DNA of 55,116 nucleotides, the filler included, from Sphacelaria rigidula (lineage: Eukaryota): NCBI GenBank assembly GCA_964200075.2. It is 5 parts of 5 records of this genome, joined end to end, with 100 filler letters (N's around TTAATTAATTAA, not from the genome) between each part and the next. Parts side by side here need not be neighbours in the genome. Positions count along the whole stretch, not along the records: positions 33,133 to 44,074 come from CAXNAA020005648.1; positions 44,175 to 55,116 come from CAXNAA020005649.1; 3 more parts are not named here. One strand, 5' to 3'. A model generated the notes under the pieces. That model was not told the origin of the DNA, made no database searches, and was given only the letters and a program-made list of their open reading frames with translations. Shown here piece after piece: positions 38,667 through 51,052 of the stretch (its first letter is position 1; each line of letters starts with the position of its first letter). The position numbers were made by a program, and so were the translations under genes.

Positions 38667-39222
38667 AAATTTGCAAGGTTGTGTTCTGTAAGGTACGGGT
38701 ACGTTTTGAAGGGTATGAGATTTCTTACAGAGGTTACAGAAATGCCGAGTACCGGTATGAAAGTCTCAAAGAAATTAGAAATTACGGAACTTGTCGGGTA
38801 CGGTATAGGAGGCTTACAGAAAACCGGTACCGGCAATCGGGTAACTCTTTTGGGGCATACCCGCCCCTCGGGTTACAGTAAAGTTTTTGTACAGAACTCA
38901 CAGACCTGACGGGTAAGGGTATGGGAGGCTCACAGAAGTCGCAGAAACTGTCGGGTAGGGTATGGAGGTTGCACAGAAAACCGTACCCGCAACCGGGTAT
39001 CTTATCAAGAGCGTACCTGTGCCCCCCGGTAACGGTACGGGAGGCCTACAGAACTCACAGAACTACCGGGTACGGGTATGAAGGTCTTGCAGAGGTTACA
39101 GAACTGCCGGGTACCGGTATAGAAATCTCATAGAGCTCACAGACTGTCGGGTACGGTAAATACAAGACAAAATATTCCGGGTATACAGAAAACCCTACCC
39201 TACAAAACACGACCTCGGAATT
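38667..39222. mobile_element. TIR element built of degenerate ~35-bp GGGTAC/ACAGAA subrepeats; a second copy is split into 39890-40057 and 41191-41511
   Basis: Left end aggttgtgttctgtaaggtac pairs with right ends taccctacaaaacacgacct (~39196-39215) and taccctgcagaacacaacctt (~41483-41503). Internal repeats follow the pattern (t)cgggta(c/a)gg(g)tat..tcacagaa. Confidence 0.75.
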
Positions 39223-40057
39223 ATCATCACCCCTGTGGTGGGACCTACGTCACTACAACAGTGGCGAAATACAGATGATGACAGTTCACGAAAATTCTGA
39301 ACGGTTTCCGGGGGTTGATAGAGAAAGACTACACGAACAATCGAAGTAGTACATGTGCATGGGGTCGTCAACATCTATCGGCTTCCCGTACACTCCCAGA
39401 GTACATGAAGGAGCATTCACGGCTGCCCGTTCTCTGGAAGCCCTTCGACATGCAACAAAATCGCCGACGGTCTTGACGAGTTTCGGTGGCAGCTCATATC
39501 CTGTGCTTTACATGTCGATAACGACCCGGGGTTTGATAACCACGGCATAACCACCATCGACGCCGATGACATACGTCTTCCTACTTGATCCCCTGGTGGC
39601 GCAGATGAACCGTTCCCGCTCGAGCCACCACTCGAGTCTGGGGGTGATCCATTCTGACGGTCAAAAGTGCTGCTCATGTTTTGTGTTTCCACTCAGCGTT
39701 ACCTCGTATCCCACTAGATCCCAAACTGAAGAACTTTTCAACATTGAATTATTGTTGATGTGCAGTTTTGAATGAAGGAGTTGGGTGGGTTGATCGATGG
39801 GAGGTACATGTTTAGGTCATGAGGTTGTGTTTGGATTGAACCTATTACCGTTCCTTCCCAAGGTATATACTTGTGCTTATACCTGCAATAGGGTATAACT
39901 GCAACGGTATACCCTAACCCCGGGTAGAGGTATGGGAGGCTTACAGAGCTCACAAAACTGTCAGGTACCGGTACTGGACGAACGTCTTACAGAAATTACG
40001 GAACTTGTCGGGTACGGTATGGGAGACTTACAGAAAACCGTTACCAGCAATCGGGTA

Positions 40058-41190
40058 CAGGCTGGGCAGCCTAAGAAGCGGACTTTCCTTCAGCCGGTTC
40101 TAATCGACGATCTATCGCGAGTTGTGCCTACTTTGACACATCGTGGTAATCTGCAATTCAACGCGCGTCTTTCACTTCACGTAGCACTGCGATCTGACAA
40201 GTTCCCATCAAACGAAATATCAAACTGTAGTCAGCTACGCAGTGTAGAGAGTTGAGGGTGGCATGTGCGGCGGAATTAGGAAAAAAACCCGGCTGAAATC
40301 ACATTCACGGTTACAGTCGGTTGTGCCGCGGCCACAAAGTGATGGTGCTGCACTGGTTCTGGTTGTATAACAATACATGTCGTACTGTACGCGTGCAGGG
40401 TCTGAGATGGCACGCAGACGAGACCTCCAGCGCCCCAGGGCGTCGGGCTTGTAGAAAACGTCGAAGTTCCGGCTGAAGTTGTACACTAAAAGCAAGTGAA
40501 CTGGTTCTCGACAGAAAAACGCGCTTTCACTGCTCAATTTCAAGTCGTTTTCCATGAAATTTTGACACGATATACATGAGGTATATGTGAAGCCCCTACC
40601 GTTTCCCCTTTGGTTATTTTTTTTCCTCGTGAGTTTTTGGTGATATAAATTTCGGAACATTTTTCTGGTACAAAAGCGTCGGACAACTTATTGAAAAAAA
40701 CAAAGAATGTCAAGGGGGGGACAAGAGGGACTTTACAACATACCTCATGCGCATCGTGTCAGAATTTCGTGGGAAAATATTCGGAATTAAACAGCATAAC
40801 CGCGTTTCATTTCCTCGTGGCTGGTCCATCTCCACATAGGAACCGGTCTTTGACCCAAACACGCGATTTAGCAGAACAATTTTGGGTCGTTTTCTATGAG
40901 ATTTTGACACGATGTATAGGATGTATGTGCAAAGACTTCACCTTCTGCCCCCCTACATTTTGTTTGTTTTCACCATGAGTTATCGGCGACCAAACATTTT
41001 AGAACAATTTATTTCGGAACACAATCGCGAATAACTTTCGTAAAAAACAGAAAAAATGTAGGGGGCGGAAGATGGAGTCTTCGTACACACGTTTTGTACA
41101 TCGTGTCAAAATTGCATAGAAAACGACCCAAAATCGACCTGCTAAATCGCGTGTTCACATCCCTGTCTGCGTCTTGGGTGGCCCAGCCTG
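40058..41190. mobile_element. Non-autonomous Tc1/mariner/pogo-type element with TA target duplication and internal inverted subrepeats
   Basis: TA-CAGGCTGGGC... and ...GCCCAGCCTG-TA. An empty site is present in the paralogous host repeat at 38994-39018 (cgggta-tcttatcaagagcgtacc). Confidence 0.85.
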
Positions 41191-41617
41191 TATCCTTCAA
41201 GAGCGTACCCGCACTCCGGGTACAGGTAAACATTCTGTACAGAACTCACAGACCTGTCGGGTAAGGGTATGGGAGGCTTACAGAACTCCCAGAAATTGTC
41301 GGGTAGAGTATGGAGGTTGCACAGAAAACCGTACCCGCAATCGGGTTTCCCCCCGGTAACGGTTCGGGAGTCTTACAGAGATTACAGAACTATCGGGTAA
41401 GGGTATGAAAGTCTCACAGAAGTCACAAAACTGTCGGGTACGGTAAATACCCGGCAAAATACCCCGGGTATACAGAAACTCGTACCCTGCAGAACACAAC
41501 CTTGAAAATTTGGTATGGACAATCATATAGGTTCTAATAAAAATATACATGCATGGACCATATTTTTTTTCATAACTTCACGGCATTTTACTGAAACCTG
41601 AAAACTGATTATTGCCT

Positions 41618-42659
41618 TTAACCTTTTTGGGACCGGGCCTCCAGAACGACCAAGAGGCTGGTCAGGCATGACGTGTCTCGTGTCTGAACGGAAAAGTGAC
41701 GTGTTACTGAAAATCCGCATATGTAACTGCAGGGTTATGACGAAGACCGAAAGTTTCATCTAGTCTTTTTTCAGGTGCAGGGTGCGCATTAGGTGGTTTA
41801 CATCTGATGTAGCAAGCAGGATGTGTCGCGGTTGAGAGCTTCCAACAGGATGCGGCGACCGGCGGGCCGCCCACCACTTGTGGCTTTGGATTATACGTTT
41901 GTCCCCATCACCTTGCCACACAGCCCTTGGTGGTCGGGGCGGGCCGTCATTGCCCCCTTTGTTGTGTGCGGCAAATTTGTCTTCGGAGGGTATTAGCGTT
42001 GTGGCGCGCATACATACAACAGAATAGTACAGGACACTGTGGTAGGCCTCTCCGACTGAAGTAGCAGCTGCCGCTGCATACTCCCTTGCACGTTCTGGGC
42101 AATTCTCAGCTACCGAGATCAACTGCCTCTATACCGCTTCTTCATCCCCGTCCACTACATACATGTGGACTGCACCCTGCAGGTCATCGCCAGAGGGATA
42201 AGCAGAACTCATGACAGTATATCCTTTTGTGTTTCGACAGCCCACCTGGTTTAAGGGCGTGGTGAAAATGACCACATGGTAGCATGTACACTCCTTCCCG
42301 GCTTTTCCGGTCGACCCTGTGTTAGTGTAATTACTACGTTTTAGTATGAAATTGAGACCCAAAAACCCACCGGAAAACTCGGGAAAGGTATACTGAGTGC
42401 AAGTCACATCATATGCCAAGCTCCGACCGCCCTGCATTTGAAAACCTACGAAGGCTTATCTGGGCCAGGGATAGGGTCCCCACACGATCTTTACAGTGAC
42501 ATCATACTCGCCAACAACCCCAGCACCGGTCGTTCGGGTCTGGTCGATAAATTTCGCCTGGCCGTGATTGGGCAGGTCGCTCGAAGACTTGTTTTTTTAT
42601 TATTTCACCAACACAGGGTCAACCCTGCATTAGTGGGGGGTCGGTCCCAAAAGGGTTAA
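41618..42659 (-). mobile_element. Internally deleted piggyBac with decayed transposase fragments
   Basis: TTAA-CCTTTTTGGGACCG ... CGGTCCCAAAAGGG-TTAA. Minus-strand remnants VGCRNTKGYTVMSS and AAHNKGGNDG..IIQSHKWW resemble the piggyBac WxDxKxVxxLST and YNxxxGGVD..RKWW motifs. Confidence 0.75.
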
Positions 42660-43323
42660 CTCGTGGAAGAAAAAAACTTTGAGTCCATGCATAATTTTTT
42701 TACTGTCCATTATTGATTGTCCACACCAGAATTTAGGGTCCAACTCCAAAAGTATTGAATTGCGAGTGGGCCGTTTAAAATCCGGGTAGGTGAACATTCG
42801 GAACAGTATTTTGCAGGCCACTTACCGGCCCACGTTTGGTGTTTGTGCATTGAAATTTTGGGTGGGACCTCGCTAGGGCATGATGAACAAAAAAAAGTGA
42901 GTCAGCTATTTTTTTTCCTTCACTGGTTTAGGGCGTTTGAGTATGTTGACGACCATTTCTTTACGAGAATGTCCGAACCTCCCTCCCCCCCCCAAAATAG
43001 AGGCCTATATATTTTTTTATTTAGCATATATTCTCCCTGCGTGCTGCCAGCCTTGGCTTGTTGGCATATCCTCTCCTCACGGAGAGCCTGCTGCTGCACA
43101 CTACAGATGAATAACTTCCGAATCGCTCACCGCTTTGAATGGGATTTGAATGTCATCTCTAAGACTTTTAGCTCCTCAATGTGAGGGGTCACATTCTCTA
43201 CAATTTTCAACATTTTTGGAGGAAAAACAAGCCAGATAACGCATTTTTTCTCGTCTCCGGCGACGCTCCCGCGGGGCCTCCTCACCAGCCGGAGGGGGCC
43301 GTTTGCGGCTCGTGTTTCTGCAG

Positions 43324-43429
43324 TTAACCCTTAGACCACGAGGTTAGTCTTCTGTTGAATCAGCGTCAATTTCGAGTGAAACGAAGTATGCATGATCCAG
43401 AAAGACTACTCTCGCGGTCTAAGGGTTAA
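43324..43429. mobile_element. piggyBac-type MITE, copy 3 (best preserved)
   Basis: TTAA-CCCTTAGACCACGAG ... CTCGCGGTCTAAGGG-TTAA. Confidence 0.9.
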
Positions 43430-44074
43430 TCCGCTTCGCCGATTCACTGCAAAAACATCGATGTACTGGCCGGTGGCGGGGTCAGCTCAAACTTAAGGGG
43501 CCAAAGCAGCCAGTTCTCACCCCTACTTTGGGGGCATATCAGAGGGCAAATATCTCAGGATCAGAGGGGAACGAAATATTACCCCCCCTCCGTCAAATGT
43601 GGCATCCGGTACCGAATTCATAGGTACGGGTTGCTATATAATAATTAAACTCAAATCAGCTATATTTCGTTATTTCCATGATTCTTGAACGGATTGAACT
43701 AGGGTTTTCTTGTGTTGGTGGACACACGTGCGCTACTCGAGCCCCATGTACCGCAGAGAGGTCAACAAGATTGAATTGTTTGTTTTTTTGTCCAGGCTCG
43801 GTCTGGGCATCATCTCCCTTCGTCAGCTGGCTACAGCCCAGATCAGTACACTGCACTCTGATCCTGAGACATTTGCACTCTGTAATGACAAGAAAGCGTT
43901 TTCCGAAACTCCCCCATGTCGATATCTGCAGGATTGCATTGTGAAGAAGTTATTACCCCCAGATGCTACACGCTGGTGACAGTTTACCATACCTCGTGTG
44001 CAGTAAGAAGTATGCAGAATCAGTAATTTCTTAGTTTCTCAAAGATTGTCCAAATTTGTTTTGCTTACCACCGC

Positions 44075-44174
44075 NNNNNNNNNNNNNNNNNNNNNNNNNN
44101 NNNNNNNNNNNNNNNNNNTTAATTAATTAANNNNNNNNNNNNNNNNNNNNNNNNNNNNNNNNNNNNNNNNNNNN
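44075..44174. other. Artificial contig spacer
   Basis: N44-TTAATTAATTAA-N44. Confidence 0.99.
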
Positions 44175-45090
44175 GCGTGACCCCGGCTGGTGCGCCGACA
44201 TATACCGAAAGGTGGAGACCGGCGTCCAGAATAGATGGGACGACAACACACACAACACACTGTGCAAAGTACAATTTTAACATCGTGTTCGTACCGACTG
44301 TTGAAATCTTTGTTCGCGGTCTGGTACATTTCCACATGTATGTAATGTTACTCAGTGAGATCGTGAAAATATCCGTAACATCTCGGCGAGCTGTAGGTGA
44401 GGCAATCGCCGAAATATTCATCTGCAGGCTCTTCTCTAGTACACCGTTAGTTGATATCACTGGAAGGACACTACGATAACCACCTTGCCGGCTGCCAGAC
44501 TGTCAGGATGTAGGATTCGCTAGCATTGCTACTGTACGGGGATGTTTCCCCCTTGTCGGGTACGTGGGGAAGGATCCGTGGCAAAACGCAGTGGTTGCGT
44601 CAAGCAGCTGCATGCTGGGCGTTCTCACTCAAGACTTCGGTCGGGAGGATGATACTAGGTAGACAGTAGCAACTGCTGTGTGTTCAAGTGCCCATTAGAG
44701 CAGGATGCGTTTGGTTTGTGTTTGACATTTTTTCCCCCCCAAAACGAAACCAATAGGGATTCAAGAGTGGGAAATATAGCGAAAAAAAGTCGCAAAAATC
44801 GAGTCGCGAAAATTGAGTCGCAAAAACGGGTTAGACGATTTTTTACCTGAAGCAGAAACCAAACTCACTTCGTGGAATTGGAATTGCCTTTATTCCGTTC
44901 CCGCTTCTTTTTTGTTCATTTTTCACGTCTATTTACTTGGTTCGTTTCCTCTGGGGGGTTTTTCATCTTGCGATAATGATTGATTGATTGATTTATTCAT
45001 TTGTGGGTGGGTTGGTTGATTGACTGGTTAGTGGATCATCGCACATCAAGCGGAGTGAACAAAGCAACGAAAACCAAAGTGAAACAAGTA

Positions 45091-45145
45091 GGAAAGGAAG
45101 GAAAGGAAAGGAGGGAAATGGAATGGAATGGAATGGAATGGAAAA
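45091..45145 (+). repeat. (GGAAA)n/(GGAAT)n microsatellite
   Basis: ggaaaggaaggaaaggaaaggagggaaatggaatggaatggaatggaatggaa. Confidence 0.85.
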
Positions 45146-45270
45146 AAAAGGAAAGGAGAAGAACTAGAAAAACCTTGTAATAATGATTTTGTCGTATAGA
45201 TGTATGTTTCTTGCCTTCTTCTGCGGGCTGTTTAGGTTATGGGTATAGATGTTATGCGCCTTGCACTCTG

Positions 45271-45340
45271 TGACCACGGGTTCGAGAGATCGAGGTAGTG
45301 TGACGGATATAATAACAATGATGATGATGATGATGATGAT
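45271..45340 (+). repeat. Probable retroposon 3' tail with (ATG)n; inverted partial copy at 47442-47495
   Basis: tgaccacgggttcgagagatcg..taataacaatgatgatgat versus attattattgttattat..cgatctctcgaacccgtggtca. Confidence 0.6.
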
Positions 45341-48300
45341 GGAAAACCTCTGGTGTTACAAACACGACTTAACTCTCACGCGATACATTGTTTGGTGCCT
45401 TGTTGACGAGACGAAATGAATCCACATTGATGCTATTAGCCTCTCATCAACTCTCAGTCGACGCCCTCACTTACGTGCGTATGTCAGGCTGATAATATAG
45501 CCCGGTAGACGGGGAATCGTTCGGAAGGAAGCTTGGTGGGGAAATAGCATGGGGGACAAGAGGGGGGTTGTGGAAGCCGCCTCATGGGCTATAACGAGGC
45601 ATCATCTCCTCGGGGCCAGAGGGTGTTGTGGGTTCGAGGAGCATCTACGAACCTGTTGTAGATTCATTTGCCCGCAGGCAGAGATCCAGCGTCGCCTCTG
45701 AGCATTGTGTCCATCTTCTATTGTCGATTTTCCTTTGGCGAGTTTTACGTGCATACTCGTCTCGGCTATGTCTTCCCTGTGTCCGCGGCTATATTCGTGG
45801 CGGATCAATTCATGCGCGACATTCAATCCATTGGTCAACCAACCAACCGATCAATCAACCCCCCCCACCACCACTACCACCGCCAAAGAGTCAACTCGTG
45901 CCCCTGTATACGACGGAACATATGATATCCTCTCCCCCGCTGTGGAAGCGTAGACGCGTTGAGCGGTGTGCATCGAAACCATTTCCAACACAACAAAATA
46001 AAAAGAGCATTCACTAGTGAACAGGAAAGAAAACCTCGAGGATGATGATGGATGGCATCAGAGAGCGATATACTCACGTCGCCCATATGTCATCATCCAC
46101 GACAGCTTTAAACCTCATGAAGAAAAAAAACGCGTCGTTGCAAAAGAGCGTGGAGGACGATTAACACCAAAAATGAGGCACGCAACCTTTTCTTCTCTCC
46201 TTTATCGGCCCACACGCCATTACACCCGCTCCTTTAACGCAAAAAATAAAAAAATGTTTTACCCAAACGTCACAGCAATGCAACAGTACGGACACACCAT
46301 GACGAGCATCACGACCCACGAGACGCCCCCCTCCCCTCCCTACCGCTAACGTGAACCACGGATATAATCAACACGCAAAAGCACAGAATAGATTAGGCAT
46401 GATGGCGTTGGTCAGCAGTAGCAGCAGCAACAGCAACAGTTAGTCGCAACGGAGGCGCCAGCGAACATGCTAGCACAACAAGCGGCATACCAACGCGGCA
46501 AAACGACGCCCATGTGCTACAGCAGGTTGGACAAATAATTGCACCGTGCTCAGTCATCTTCGATCCGCGACGCGACCGACCCACAATCTCACCACAAAGT
46601 GTTGCAGCGCTACGAGCAGTGTGTCGTAGACGCTAAACGCACCCCCGTCAGCAATCCTATCTCAAAGCAGAGGACCCGAGGATAGACTATACGTACGACG
46701 ACCGCAGACCATCCCAGGTCAGAACAGCTCCTCGTGCGCGGCAGACAGGCAAGATCAAACGTACCACCGCTAATTTTGGGTTGGGGGATGTAAGGAACCG
46801 TTGTTCTCGTTCTTGAACGAAGAGCAGTATTCATGACGTCTGCAATGACTTCGGAGCACAGCGATGACACACACCACACCTTGACAGGCAGCACGTACTC
46901 TTAACACATAAATCACAACAACTTTCACTGGACGATCTGCGCGGTAGACCCGAGCTACCGCCCCCTACTGCACGCAGCGTCCCTATACCTTTTTTTTGCG
47001 TTTCCGCGTTTACACACGACGCTATCATCCGCACAACACCAGCACACTAATTACCACGTCCTGCTCCACATGATAGCGACAGGGTTACGCGTCATCCACG
47101 ATGAACCGGTCCTGCAAAACGAGATCCCCAACGACCGCCACAGGTTACGAAATACGTCTAATGCGCTTCACAGTGAAGAAACGCGTGCGGCTCGGCTCGG
47201 CTTGGGAGGAGGGGAGGTTTCCTCTCACCAGACTGATTCGAACCTGGCTTCGTTTCACTCCTCTCACATCTGCCACTTGCCCTGTAACGGAGGGCGGGGG
47301 GCGGGGATCACACGGCTACTCTTGAGCGTCCACTGGAAAAGCAACAGTCTTGCTACGCAGAGTTCCCTGCCCATGGAGTCGCCCAACACAAGAGCGCGTT
47401 CACACCTGCACGTAGCTCAGCCATGAACCATACCGAGACAGATTATTATTGTTATTATTTCCACACATTAGTCCGATCTCTCGAACCCGTGGTCAAAATC
47501 ACACACAAACCTGCAGCTGTGCTCGGCACCCGAACCCTGAAAGTTCTTCTACACAATCTCGTCAGTCACTAGAAGTCCCTCCCCGCTCTCCCCTCCCCTC
47601 CGCATTTCCTGAAGTTAGCTCGACATAATAGTGCTCCAATCAGCCGTGGCATGCGAATGCATATATGCGGGCTGTCACCAATGGCCCTACGAGGGCAACT
47701 GGAGTGAGCCACTGTACGCAAATGCCCCCCTCGCTCATTCTCCTCCAGACCCCCTCTTCACGACAACAACAAAAAACGCAAAGACACACGGCTACACGCA
47801 ACCCTACAACCTTACAACACAAGAAGATATGTTCCTCCAATCTCCTAACTCCCCCCCCCCCGGGCGCGCCTGTCAAACTTCCGCCAAACGTGAAGAACAT
47901 ACACACCGATACACCACCGGAACATGAACGTAAATCTACAAATTCCGCCCGAACAGCGCAACTCATTGCAACTCAACCTTTCTATCTATAGACGACCGAT
48001 ATATATGGAAGGAAGCGTTGGGGCAGGGGCAGAGGGAAGGGGGGGGGGAGATGATACACTGCGTTCCCCGCCAGAGTCGCCGAACGCGGATACGATGCTT
48101 CAAAACTATGGCAGTCGCACCATCGTTTCATATTGGACTAACAATGGATCGATCAAGTCAATCGCTGCTGATGTTCAGCAGAAGTTGACCTCATCACGTG
48201 TTGACGAGTACAGAAGATACAAGAGCAGGATTCAACCACGGTCCCAACCATTGTCTCTTGGCAAGGTTGGGGACCGGGGTGATGCGGGAAGTTTTGATGA

Positions 48301-48435
48301 AGTCACGGTCAAGCAGCAAGCACCATTGATGCACCTCCTTCCCCGACCACCCCCGACCCTCCCCAGTGTTCATCTCATCATGGGCCGAGCCGAATCAAAG
48401 TTAATGGAATATTAGCAGATGACGTATACCGCCAA

Positions 48436-48606
48436 CTAGCTTCCGAAGTTTTGTGGCACAATGAAGACCTTGGTGCCCTTGAACCATAAGCTCACGACCC
48501 CCATGTACCCGGTGCGGGGCACTCCAGCCTTCCGGTCACTCATGATCCCCAGCTGTCGCGCTATCGCCTCGTAGTGCCTCCAGTCTCGATAGGTCAACTT
48601 CAAATC
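48436..48606 (-). CDS. MGAT1: Terminal exon of an alpha-1,3-mannosyl-glycoprotein 2-beta-N-acetylglucosaminyltransferase (GnT-I, GT13)-like protein
   Basis: cag|GAT... to TAG encodes DLKLTYRDWRHYEAIARQLGIMSDRKAGVPRTGYMGVVSLWFKGTKVFIVPQNFGS*. This matches the GnT-I C-terminus pattern Y....F..FA..LG.M.D.KxGVPRxGYxGxV. Confidence 0.8.
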   Translation of the reverse strand, partial: DLKLTYRDWRHYEAIARQLGIMSDRKAGVPRTGYMGVVSLWFKGTKVFIVPQNFGS

Positions 48607-50946
48607 CTGGTTGACGACGACAATGACAACGATGACAGCAACAATTAACAATTAACCCCAGAACAATATGTGTACTTGCGTAGAGCTCATTCATGGGGAA
48701 AAAAAAAACATGCAAGGAGGGAGGTATAACTCGATATTATTACCCTGTCTTGAAACCGTCGGGCGCCCCACCTCCTATCGGAACAAAATCACGCCAGAAA
48801 ACCTCGAAACCCCTGTAACCTCGATGCTGCCTGCGTACGGCTGAGCCGCTACAGTACCAACCGGTAAATTTTACGCGAGTTCTTCGTCAGACCATCACGG
48901 TTGAAATATACTCTATTTTAGTATAGGATCATCAGATTCAGTTCTTTTTAGGGGGTCGACAGTCCCGAGTGCTCCCACCTTGCGCAGCAAGCATTCTTGA
49001 TCAAATCGGCGCCGATGATTGAGTTCTAGCGAAACGCACCCCATCCCCACGTACAGCACCGTATGGATGTGTGTCTTGACTGACAGTTGTGGGCATTGCC
49101 TCGAGTTGGGGCCAGAGTCATGACTGCAGCAGTAGCTTTCTTCACTCGTGCGTGTTTCCATACGGACTACAAAGCAGTGCTGTTGGATGAGATTTGGCGT
49201 TACAGACTAGCCACAAATAGAACTACGAAAAGACGCTACATGGCGGCCGAACTCTCCCCTCGCCCCCCTACCCCAAAAAAGAGCTCTGTCTCGAAAGGGA
49301 TGCGTGGTCAATGGTCAAACGACCAAGGCAAGCAACAAATGAGTACGCCCCCCCTCGGCCTCCTTTCAATATCCACTTGAACCCGGGTCACATCGAACAA
49401 CACGACATATACACACTTTCCTCGCGTAGGTACCCTCTGGCAGCATTCAGTGCGTCGTGCTGTTGGCACCCTGTACACCCTCCCACACTACAAGAGTCAG
49501 CCCATCCGACCAAAATCACATGAAATTCTTCGCACTCTCGTACCTCACCCCGAGGCATTCCTTCTCTCTCCGACTAACAAGGGCGTCGCAAAAGCAGTCA
49601 TGTTTTCAGACCGAGCCACGAAAACACGAAGCCTGCCGAAGACCACACGGTATGTAAATATATATATATACGTAAACATATTAATTTCAAACAAACACAA
49701 TGATACCTGCTAAGTGACAAGGGCATCCAAAGCAGCTCAGCGTAGAATACCACAGAGTACATGCCACAAATATCACAGAATCGCATACCAAACAAGCCAC
49801 CTTCACCAAGCCAATAACCCACGAGATCAACGGCCAAACATACGATACGCACCTTTTGACGAAGGTGTCTAGCGCTTTTTGTACTTGTGCACCCTCGTGA
49901 CCCTCATAAAACATCACCGCGAAATCGCACCGGGACGGTGCCGCTGGGCCGACCACACGCTCCAGGCATTCAGAAACTGCGCTCTAAGAACAAGCGCGGA
50001 CGCAATGGCGCACCAAAAGTAGCCAAGGGAGGGAGGGAAAGAAGGAGAAAAAGAGGGAGAAACCGCGATTCTTTCACTGCGCTCAAATCTTCAAAGTGTC
50101 CTGTCCTAGTTTCTACATCTTTCAACTACCAGCGTGAATTGTCGAGATGGATATTGAGTGAGGTGGGGGTCCTGCTGAAGTGCGGTGGATTAACAGCTCA
50201 GCATGGACGATTTATGCAGGGACTCTGCACCATACCGGTAAAATGCATTGACTCGATAGTGGTACGAGCTGGGCCAGCCTAGACACGGATTGACGCTCTC
50301 AAAGCAATATCTCATTGGCACGGACGAGTTGGGCCATGATCTGCATATTGTGTTAATCTTCTAACCAAGGGGAAGGTGCCCATCTGCTTAAAATTTTGGG
50401 CCCATATTTTCTCGTTGATTAAACCCCATGTCTTGTAATGCCTATACCTAAGGGAGGTAGCGTCCATACTAAAATCTCTGTGAAACCCCCGATCGATGCA
50501 TCCAGCGGATGACGACGAATTTTGGTGTGGACATTCCCTGGAGCACGGGAAGAGGACAGATACCCCCACCTTCACCTAATTCATAATCTATCTCGAGATA
50601 TGGCGCAGATAACTTTCTATACTGAAATCAGTATATTACGAGCAGATGCGCTAGATTAGCTAAACCTGGATATCGCGTCTCAGTCTTTGAGAGTTATGGT
50701 ATAAAATTTCGTATGGAGAACCGCTAGTGCATAATAAAGCCTATAAACACAGCTTTTTCACTTTTTTCGTTTTTTTTTTCATTTTTTTCGGGTTTTTGGG
50801 GCAGTTTTGAGGAGAAATGAAAACTGCTTTTGGGCCTTATCTCAAGTTTTTTAGCTCAACTTTTAGAATTATAAATTGAAATGCGTTGAACATTCTTGGC
50901 GTGTTCTTTGTACATCACTGTGGCTTCCACATCACCGGGCTTTTTT

Positions 50947-51052
50947 TTAACTCTTAGACTGCGAGGTTAGTCTTCTGTTGAATCGGCATCAATTTCAAGT
51001 GAAAAAAAGTATGCATGATCCAGAAATGCAAATCTCGCGGTCCAAGGGTTAA
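50947..51052. mobile_element. piggyBac-type MITE, copy 4
   Basis: TTAA-CTCTTAGACTGCGAG ... CTCGCGGTCCAAGGG-TTAA. The interior is close to copy 3. Confidence 0.88.
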
